From Chloroflexota bacterium (GTDB lineage: Bacteria > Chloroflexota > Dehalococcoidia > UBA2979): 53,126 nucleotides of DNA. The stretch is from contig JAQCIU010000022.1 in assembly GCA_027593235.1 (NCBI GenBank), positions 1-53,126 of the forward strand, given 5' to 3'. The notes below the pieces were generated by a model, which searched no databases, was not told the DNA's origin, and saw only the letters and a program-made list of their open reading frames with translations. This document shows positions 46,066-53,126 of the stretch, one piece after another (positions within the stretch are counted from its first letter, which is position 1; each line of letters opens with the position of its first letter). The position numbers and the translations under genes are program-made.

Positions 46066-47712
46066 ATGCCCAATCGCTCCACCACTGCAATGACCGGCCT
46101 GGCCGGTCTGTTTTCGTTGGTGGTCGCGGCCGTCCTCTTGTGGCTCTTCGCCCCCATGACCCTCGGCGGCAGCTTCGGCTACGTCACCGTCACTGGGAAC
46201 AGCATGTCGCCCCTCCTGGACACCGGGGACCTCGTGTTCCTGCGCAAGTCGGCCGACTACGAGGTTGGTGATGCCGTCGCCTACCGGCATCCTCAGATCG
46301 GCACCGTCCTCCACCGCATAGTCGCCGACGACGGGCAGCGCTTCACCCTGCGTGGCGACAACCGCGCTGGCGAGGACACCTACCAGCCCACGGCCGATGA
46401 TGTCATCGGCCGCGAATGGGTCATCTTGCCCAGCGGCGGCAAGGTCATCCGCGAACTCCAGCAACCCCGCAACCTCGGCTTGCTCGTCGCCGCCGTCGGC
46501 CTCTTGCTCGTCTCGGGTGGCACGTCATCCCGAGGTCCACGCGGACGCCTGCGACTCGCCCGCTCACCACACCGACCGCGGCGCGATCTCAGCGTCTTCT
46601 CGCAGACCGGTCGCCAGCTCGCCGTCCTCGCTGTCGCACTCGCGATCGGCTCGCTCGTCCTGTTCGCGTTGGTCACCCTCTCCGGCACCACCCGCGAGGT
46701 CTCCGAGGCCGTCCCGTTCAGCGAGCGCGGCACCTTCTCCTACGGAGGTCCCGTCGCCGGTGGCGTCTACGACGACGATCGCCTTCGCGCGCCTGAACCG
46801 CTCTACCGCCAGCTCGTCGACACCCTCCCGCTGCGATTCGACTACGACCTCTCCGCGACCGAGGCGAATGGCCCAATCACCGAAGCCACCGGTACCTACG
46901 AACTCGTGCTCGAAGTCGGCACCGAAGACGGCTGGACGCGCACCTACCCGCTCCAACCCTCCACCCCGTTCGCGAACGGTGGATTCGCCGTCGAAGCCGA
47001 CCTCGATCTCGCGGCGCTCGAGGCCGATCTCGCCGCCGTCGCCGAGCGAACCGGCATCGCTTCGACCAGCCACGTCATCCGCGTCGTTGCCACCGTCCAG
47101 GCGGTCGGGCGCATGGACGGTCTCCCCTTCGAAACCAACTACCGTCACTACGCGCAGTTCCGCCTCGCGCCGCTCCAGCTCCGTTTCGACGGCACACCCG
47201 ACGCACTCTCGCTCGCCGAGGCCCGCACCGTCTCCCGACCGGTCACCGCACAACGCACGCTGAATGTGCCAATGCTTCCGTTCAGCCTGCGCTACGCCCA
47301 GTTCCCGCTCGTCGGCGCGTTGGGCCTGCTCATCGCGGCGGCCCTCGCCGTCGTCGTCGCGAAGGCCACGCTCACCACCTGGAGCCGCGGCGAAGCCGCT
47401 CGGATCCGCGCCGCCTACGACGCCCTCCTCGTCGAAATCGCCGAGGAACGCGCCAGCTTCGGCTCGCGCCCGCAGGACGTCAGCCGCTTCGAGGACCTCG
47501 TCCGCCTTGCCCGCGCGGAGGGCCTCGCGATCATGCACCGTGCCGGCCGCGATCGAGACGAATACTTCGTGGCCACCGCCGATCGAAGCTGGCGCTACGC
47601 CGTCAGCCGCTCGGGCGGTGCCACGCTGCCGCTCCCCATCCGATCGGCCCCGTTCCGTGAGAGCGATCGTCCTGCCGACGACAGTCGGCACATCACCACC
47701 ACCGAGGGCTAA
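46066..47712 (+). CDS. SipW/archaeal-type (Ser-His) signal peptidase I fused to a DUF5305-like membrane/extracellular region
   Basis: VTGNSMSP..GDLV, VLHRIV, LRGDN...D; further TM helices; C-terminal V.RFEDLVRLA...IMH...YFV...RY. Confidence 0.82.
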   Translation: MPNRSTTAMTGLAGLFSLVVAAVLLWLFAPMTLGGSFGYVTVTGNSMSPLLDTGDLVFLRKSADYEVGDAVAYRHPQIGTVLHRIVADDGQRFTLRGDNRAGEDTYQPTADDVIGREWVILPSGGKVIRELQQPRNLGLLVAAVGLLLVSGGTSSRGPRGRLRLARSPHRPRRDLSVFSQTGRQLAVLAVALAIGSLVLFALVTLSGTTREVSEAVPFSERGTFSYGGPVAGGVYDDDRLRAPEPLYRQLVDTLPLRFDYDLSATEANGPITEATGTYELVLEVGTEDGWTRTYPLQPSTPFANGGFAVEADLDLAALEADLAAVAERTGIASTSHVIRVVATVQAVGRMDGLPFETNYRHYAQFRLAPLQLRFDGTPDALSLAEARTVSRPVTAQRTLNVPMLPFSLRYAQFPLVGALGLLIAAALAVVVAKATLTTWSRGEAARIRAAYDALLVEIAEERASFGSRPQDVSRFEDLVRLARAEGLAIMHRAGRDRDEYFVATADRSWRYAVSRSGGATLPLPIRSAPFRESDRPADDSRHITTTEG

Positions 47713-48077
47713 CGCCGGATCCCGAGGAACGAGACTCTCGTGAGCGTCGAGGGTCGGGAAGACCCCTCGATCAGCGCCTGATCCAAGGGAATACCCCGTC
47801 AACACGACGTCCAAATCGCCCGTACCGTCGGGCTAATACCCGTGCGGCATCGCGCGGGCAGGCGGCTGACGTGTTTCGTTGGCGAGTGATTGGCGGACAA
47901 ATGCCGGAGCGTGGTGCCGGGCCGGGAGGGAATCCCGTAGGTCGGTCCCCCCGTCCGTCGCGGCCCCCGCGGAGCGCCATTCCTGGGCGCTCCTCCGCGG
48001 AGGACTCCGCGCGGTCGCGCTGGCTCTGGCCGTCCAGCGCACAGCCTCCGGCTGCGCCCTCGGCGCTCCCCGCCGCG

Positions 48078-49010
48078 GTGCAGCCCGGATCGACCACGCC
48101 CGCGCTGCAGGCCTGCCCCTGGCTCTACCTCCACACCGATGCCGACTCCCGCGCCTCCCACGTCACCGCCGATCATCGCTGCGAGATCCGTTCCGACGAG
48201 GTCCCGGGCCCAGGCCACCAGCTCGCCTACTGCCTCTCGACGAACCACGTCTCCTGCCCGCAACTCCTCAGCTACGAGGCACGCCGCCACGCCACCACCG
48301 AGGGCGCGCGTCCTGAGCCCGTCGCCACCTCAGCCGGTTACGAGGAGTTGCGAAAGACCCGCGCGGACCTGCGCGCATCGTTGATCGGCGCCCCCCGCCC
48401 TCCGAATGCCGTCCAACACAGCAGAGGCACCCTCGCCGGTCGCGTCCGTTGGCTGGCCGCCGGGGCATTGGGTGCGCTCGCCCTCGTCGCCGCGTTCACC
48501 GTGTACGGCAACAACAGCGCCACCTCGGATCCGGACGCGGATGCTGCCGCTCGGACCTCCACGGTCGCGACCCCGTTCCCCACGAATACGCAGGACGCCG
48601 CGGCTGCTGCCGTTCAGTTGCCGTCCACGCCGGACATCGTCAACAGCGAATCGTTGTTTGACAGGACAGGGGCCACGGGACAGGGATCCTCCCCGCTCGC
48701 CGGCCCCGAACAGCGCCCGAACGGCACGGCCGCATCAGGTGTCCCCACCGCGAGCCCGACCGCCGAACCGACCCCACGGCCGACGAACGAACCAACGCCC
48801 GTCCCGCCCCCGACGACCTACATCGTCCAGGTCGGTGACACCCTCGGCCAGATCGCCCAGAGCCTCGGCATCGACATCCTCACCCTCGCCCAGGCCAACG
48901 GCATGACCACCGAGACCTTCATCTACGAAGGCGATGTCCTCCAGCTCCCCGTGGATCCGGACCTCGACGCCCCCCGCTCGTCCGAGGACCCCGCCAGCCC
49001 TACCGGCTAG
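48078..49010 (+). CDS. Membrane-anchored LysM protein with N-terminal Cys/His-rich domain
   Basis: CPWL...HRC...HQLAYCL..NHVSCP, one TM helix, Pro/Thr linker, LysM YIVQVGDTLGQIA...LAQANG...IYEGDVLQLP. Start is inferred. Confidence 0.8.
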   Translation: MQPGSTTPALQACPWLYLHTDADSRASHVTADHRCEIRSDEVPGPGHQLAYCLSTNHVSCPQLLSYEARRHATTEGARPEPVATSAGYEELRKTRADLRASLIGAPRPPNAVQHSRGTLAGRVRWLAAGALGALALVAAFTVYGNNSATSDPDADAAARTSTVATPFPTNTQDAAAAAVQLPSTPDIVNSESLFDRTGATGQGSSPLAGPEQRPNGTAASGVPTASPTAEPTPRPTNEPTPVPPPTTYIVQVGDTLGQIAQSLGIDILTLAQANGMTTETFIYEGDVLQLPVDPDLDAPRSSEDPASPTG

Positions 49011-49029
49011 CCCCCTCTGCTCAGCCCCG

Positions 49030-49275
49030 GTGGCGCAAAGCGGCATCCGTGGCTACCGAGGCGCAAGCACGCAGAGTCCCCGACCCCGCGCACGAACACC
49101 CCCGCCCGGCAGCCCCATCGAGGGCCGAAGGCCCCCTGCGCACGACCGCCCCATGGAAGCGGCGGCGCGCGGCGCGAAGCCGCACTCGAGGCCAATCAGG
49201 CGCCAGCACTCAGAGTCCCCGGCCCGCGAACCAACACCCCGCCCGGCAGACCCACCAAGGGCCGAAGGCCCCCCT
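49030..49275. repeat. Two imperfect ~107-bp direct repeats (49030-49137, 49169-49275)
   Basis: Shared GGCGC.AAGC.GCA...AGGCGC.AGCAC.CAGAGTCCCCG...AACACCCC(C)GCCCGGCAG...AGGGCCGAAGGCCCCC. Confidence 0.8.
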
Positions 49276-49504
49276 AGAAGAGGGGGCCGCCTTCGTCGAC
49301 GACCGTGCCATCGACGCCGATCACTGTGGGGCGCTCCTCGCAGTACACCTCGGACTCGCACTTGTTGAACGAAAACACCGGCTGATCCAGATCGTCGCGC
49401 TTCTCGAAGTGGATGTGCCACGTACCGTTCACGTGGTTCTTCCTGCCCTTCGCGATCTCGACCTGCAACACCGCGACCAGTGCTTCCAGCTCCTTGGTAC
49501 CCAC
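49274..49504 (-). CDS. Small hypothetical protein (76 aa)
   Basis: Purine-rich AGAGGGGA upstream of GTG; protein-like composition (WHIHFEK, FNKCESEVYCEERP, GGPLF) with GC-rich third positions. Confidence 0.7.
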   Translation of the reverse strand: MGTKELEALVAVLQVEIAKGRKNHVNGTWHIHFEKRDDLDQPVFSFNKCESEVYCEERPTVIGVDGTVVDEGGPLF

Positions 49505-49775
49505 AGCACATCCCCTCTGAACGATGCCTCCCGCGAGCTTCAACCTGGAGCGGGGGTCAACCGCTCAAGTCTATCGATGCCACCTCGTGACCGTCGCTAC
49601 AGACCGCCCACTACGCCGTCGAACTCCCGGCCCAGCGCGCGCTCCGCGCCTGGACGCGGCGCCCCGACACCGTCGCTCCCCTCCTCGACGCCTCCGAGGG
49701 CCTTCGCACCCCCTCGGCCATTACTGGCGGGCGCGCCTACAATGCTGCCAATCCGCATCTCGAGGAGGTCCCGCA

Positions 49776-50873
49776 GTGGCGGCAGTCGTGGCCAGTGACA
49801 AATCCAGCACCGGCAACTACTTCGAGGACCTGACCACCGGCCTCGAAATTCGCCACGCCACCCCCCGCACCATCACCGAGGGCGATCAGGCCGTCTACCT
49901 GGCGCTTACCGCTAGCCGCTTCCCGCTTTTCTGCGACGCCGAATTCGCCCGCTCGGTCGGCTTCCAGCGCGAACTCGTCAACGATCTGCTCGTCTTTCAC
50001 GTCGTCTTCGGGAACAGCGTTCCGGACATCTCGCTCAACGCCATCGCCAACCTTGGCTACGCGTCGCTTCGCTTCGGCGCGCCGGTCTATCCCGGCGACA
50101 CCATCACCTCGCACACCACGGTGCTCGGCCAGCGCGAATCCAGCCGCGGCGACACCGGCGTCACCTGGGTGCGCACCGTCGGCCGCAACCAGCGCGGCGA
50201 CGAGGTGCTGTCCTTCATCCGCTGGGTGCTGATGAACAAGCGCGATCCTGAGACCCGCACCGGCGTGGACGACGCGCCGAAGACCCCGGACTTCGTCCAG
50301 CCCAGCCAGCTCTTCGTGCCCAACCAGCTCAAGCTCGACAAGTTCGATCCCGCTATCACCGGCGGCCGCTGGTGGTGGCGCGACTACGAGCCCGGTGAGC
50401 GCATCCACCACATCGAGGGCGTCGCCATCGAGGAAGCCGAGCACCAGATGGCCGCGCGCCTCTACCAGAACACCGCGCGCGCTCACTTCAACGCGCACGC
50501 CTTGAAGGACTCACGCTTCGGCAAACGCGTCATCTACGGCGGCCACGTCATTTCGATTGCGCGCGAACTCAGCTTCAACGGCCTCGAAAACGTGCTGCGC
50601 ATCCTCGCCTTCAACGGCGGGACCCACTCCAACCCCACCTTCGCCGGCGACACGATCTTCGCCTGGACCGACGTCCTCGAGCGGATCGACCTCGCGCGCT
50701 CGGATGCCGGCGCGTTGCGGCTCCGCCTCGTCGCCGTCAAGAACGCCGATCCCAACACCGAGGACGTGCCGTTCAAGGTCGCCGATGACGACGGCCGCGA
50801 GCGATACCATCCCAATGTGGTGCTCGATCTCGACTACACCGTCCTGGTCCCCAAGGCGCCGCCGCAGAAGTAG
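49776..50873 (+). CDS. mch: Mesaconyl-CoA hydratase (beta-methylmalyl-CoA dehydratase), double MaoC fold
   Basis: GNYFED, HATPRTITEGD, VPDISLNAIANLGY, RLYQNTARAHFN, IYGGHVIS, SFNGL, VVLDLDY; GAGGAGG ribosome-binding site. Confidence 0.9.
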   Translation: MAAVVASDKSSTGNYFEDLTTGLEIRHATPRTITEGDQAVYLALTASRFPLFCDAEFARSVGFQRELVNDLLVFHVVFGNSVPDISLNAIANLGYASLRFGAPVYPGDTITSHTTVLGQRESSRGDTGVTWVRTVGRNQRGDEVLSFIRWVLMNKRDPETRTGVDDAPKTPDFVQPSQLFVPNQLKLDKFDPAITGGRWWWRDYEPGERIHHIEGVAIEEAEHQMAARLYQNTARAHFNAHALKDSRFGKRVIYGGHVISIARELSFNGLENVLRILAFNGGTHSNPTFAGDTIFAWTDVLERIDLARSDAGALRLRLVAVKNADPNTEDVPFKVADDDGRERYHPNVVLDLDYTVLVPKAPPQK

Positions 50874-50939
50874 GCGTCCGCTCCTCGGCGGAGCGGCAAC
50901 CGTTCGAGGTCACCGACCAACCCCGCGAGAGGACCGATC

Positions 50940-52604
50940 GTGACAACCACCGCCCTCAACCCGCTCACGTCCGCCCGCGAGCTGGTCGACGCCGCGCAGC
51001 TCGTAGTCGACGCCGCGCTCGCGCACGGCGCGACCGTCACCGAGGGCGGTCGGCTCATCGACGACCACCAGGTCCACACCGAGCGCCTCGCCTACCTCGC
51101 CACCCAGGTTCGCGCTGCCCACGAGCAGACCGCCTACGCGGAGCGTGTTTCAAAAGTGGCAGGTGCGGAGCGCGTCGGAGACGCCCTCCAGGCCGAGTAC
51201 GCGCTGATTTACGCCGCCGAGGTGGTCCAGGCCCTCCGCTCCCAGATCGAGACCGCCTGGGACGACTTCGGTCTGACCGAGGACGGCGTCGCCGGCCTCT
51301 ACACCCCCGCCGCCCGTGAGGCGGTCCGCGCCGGCTCCAGCGAGGCCCGTATCCGCGAGGTCGGCCGCATCGTGATCGGCTCGCTCGGCGTGAACTCCTG
51401 CGACCTCGAGGACGAAGTCGCCTCGCTCACCCGCGACATGGCGCGCGAGTTCGCGAAGAACGAGGTCGCACCGATCGCCCAGGACATCCACCGTGAAGAC
51501 CTGCTCGTCCCCGACAAGCTCCTCGCAAGCTTCAGCGCGCAGGGCTTCTTCGGCTCCTCGATCCCCGAGGAGTACGGCGGCACCGGCATGGGCGACCTGC
51601 CGATGATCGTCATCACCGAGGAGCTCTCGGCGGCCTCGCTCGCCGCCGCCGGATCGCTGGCCACCCGCCCGGAGATCATCGCCAAGGCGCTGCTCGCCGG
51701 CGGCACCGACGAGCAGAAGCAGTACTGGCTCCCGCGGATCGCCGCCGGCGAAGAAATCTGCGCCGTCGCCGTCACCGAACCGGACATCGGATCCGATGTC
51801 GCCTCGCTCCAGTGCCGCGCCGAACCGGCAGAGTACGAGGGCAAGCGCGGCTGGCGGATCAACGGCGCCAAGGCCTGGAGCACCTTCTCCGGTCGCGCCA
51901 CGGTCCTCGGCCTGCTCGCCCGCACCGGCCCGAGTGGCTCCGGTAACCGCGGCCTCTCGCTGTTCATCATCCCCAAGCCCGCCTTCGACGGGCACCAGTG
52001 GGCGTTCGAACAGCCCGAGGGCGGCAAAATGAGCGGCACCGCCAATCCCACCCCCGGCTACCGAGGCATGCACTCCTTCACCATCGCCATCGACGATCTC
52101 TGGGTCTCCCACGAGAACCTCGTCGGCGGCGACGAAGGCATCGATAAGGGCTTCTTCCTCCAGATGGGCGGCTTCGCTGCCGGCCGCCTCCAGACCGGTG
52201 GCCGTGCCTGCGGCGTCGCCCAGGCCGCCCTCGAGAAGGCCTGCCAGTACGTCCAGCAACGCAGCCAGTTCGGCGTCGCGCTCGCCGACTTCCAGCTCAC
52301 CCAGTACAAGATCGGCCGCATGGCCGCCCAGATCGCCGCCGGCCGTCAGCTCACCTACCAGGCCGCCCGCACCTTCGACACCCGCGCCGTCGAACCGTCG
52401 ATGGCCAAGCTCCTCACCTGCGACATCGCCGGCGAAGTCACCCGCGAGGCCCAACTCCTCCACGGCGGCTGGGGCTACTCCGAAGAAGACCCAATCGCCC
52501 GCTATGTCGTCGACGCCCTTGTGCTCCCGATCTTCGAAGGCGTGAAGCCCATCCTCGAACTCAAGGTCGTCGGCCGCGCCCTCCTCGCCGGAGCCGCCGG
52601 CTAA
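50940..52604 (+). CDS. mcd: (2S)-methylsuccinyl-CoA dehydrogenase-like acyl-CoA dehydrogenase
   Basis: 554-aa ACAD with N-terminal extension (DDHQ), GSLATRPEI, GYRGM, RLQT..RA.GVAQAA, IFEG; adjacent to mch. Confidence 0.75.
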   Translation: MTTTALNPLTSARELVDAAQLVVDAALAHGATVTEGGRLIDDHQVHTERLAYLATQVRAAHEQTAYAERVSKVAGAERVGDALQAEYALIYAAEVVQALRSQIETAWDDFGLTEDGVAGLYTPAAREAVRAGSSEARIREVGRIVIGSLGVNSCDLEDEVASLTRDMAREFAKNEVAPIAQDIHREDLLVPDKLLASFSAQGFFGSSIPEEYGGTGMGDLPMIVITEELSAASLAAAGSLATRPEIIAKALLAGGTDEQKQYWLPRIAAGEEICAVAVTEPDIGSDVASLQCRAEPAEYEGKRGWRINGAKAWSTFSGRATVLGLLARTGPSGSGNRGLSLFIIPKPAFDGHQWAFEQPEGGKMSGTANPTPGYRGMHSFTIAIDDLWVSHENLVGGDEGIDKGFFLQMGGFAAGRLQTGGRACGVAQAALEKACQYVQQRSQFGVALADFQLTQYKIGRMAAQIAAGRQLTYQAARTFDTRAVEPSMAKLLTCDIAGEVTREAQLLHGGWGYSEEDPIARYVVDALVLPIFEGVKPILELKVVGRALLAGAAG

Positions 52605-52787
52605 CCAGGTCGCCACTGCCGATCATCTCAGCTCCAACCTCTGCGGCGTGGGTGCCGCTACTGCGCGGCTCCAGTGCCGCGTGTACCGGATTTCCGTCGC
52701 AGACGTGACCTGGTCGCCTGACCCGGAGCGACGTTCGAGCCCACCGGTAAACCGTCGAGCGGCGACGGTTGCATCGAACGCGCGTGT

Positions 52788-53108
52788 CCTGCGCAGCGGG
52801 GGCAAGGAGGTTGAGGGGGGCGACCCCCTCAACTGAGCGGGTGGATTGGATCTATACGACCCTCGCCGCACCCCGCGGTGGGCATCCTGTGGACCTGGCC
52901 ATCGCTCATCGTTACCGTCGTCAGCCCTCGAACCACAGCAACGCCGCCGGCTGGCCGCTTCGCGCGCAGGCGGCGTTGCCCCGCGCCACGCCCGCTGGCT
53001 GCGCGGATCGACAGTCGAGGTGAGGCGATGAGCCGCCGATGTCGCCTCAAACCCGAGCTCCCCGCGAAGCGGGGGCAAAGGTGGTGGTGGGGGTGCAACC
53101 CCCACCAC
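52788..53108. repeat. Two copies of a REP-like double-hairpin element (52788-52833, 53059-53108)
   Basis: CCYGCG.AGCGGGGG(G)CAA.G.GG followed by a 10-bp stem (GTTGAGGGGG/CCCCCTCAAC; GTGGTGGGGG/CCCCCACCAC) with a GCRA-containing loop. Confidence 0.65.
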
Positions 53109-53126
53109 AAGAAACAGGGCGGGTGG

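Noticed and set aside
47713-48077. Possible c-di-AMP (ydaO) riboswitch upstream of the LysM gene
   Set aside because: Hairpins are present, but the hallmark CCCGAACCCG.CAGCT segment is absent.
49030-49275. Possible CRISPR array
   Set aside because: Only two units of about 107 bp, diverged from each other, and no cas genes.
52623-53108. 161-aa and other short ORFs at the window end
   Set aside because: Low-complexity translations across hairpin repeats, with no ribosome-binding site or motifs.

Overview
GC-rich (visibly about 70%) bacterial window, densely coding, with no rRNA, tRNA, CRISPR array or transposase that I can support. The paralog-rich content (family III CoA-transferases, crotonases, acyl-CoA dehydrogenases, luciferase-like monooxygenases) suggests a heterotrophic Chloroflexota (Dehalococcoidia/Tepidiformales/SAR202-like) genome; this is inference only. 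Layout: (1) 1-14 kb, acyl-CoA catabolism cluster; (2) 13-26 kb, a long minus-strand run including a ferredoxin-NADP reductase, an epoxide hydrolase, a B12-dependent acyl-CoA mutase large subunit with non-MCM specificity residues, a heme-PAS/GGDEF/EAL protein, fbaA and an Ala-Glu epimerase; (3) 26-30 kb, a cobalamin riboswitch followed by cbiB-cobD-cobQ; (4) 30-32 kb, a COG2403/arginine-synthetase-like P-loop protein divergent from carbamate kinase; (5) 32-42 kb, mixed metabolic and small genes; (6) 42-45 kb, a 2-hydroxyacyl-CoA lyase plus formyl-CoA-transferase-like pair; (7) 45.2-49 kb, a small secreted protein with a SipW-type signal peptide, a SipW-type peptidase fused to a long DUF5305-like region, and a Cys/His-rich LysM protein; (8) 49.8-52.6 kb, mch-mcd of the ethylmalonyl-CoA route. 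Several REP-like hairpin repeats are dispersed through the window. The best candidate for an undescribed system is the SipW-peptidase/pilin-like filament locus, followed by the atypical mutase and the ArcE-like/ArcC pair. All family calls come from motif recognition; no database search was run.
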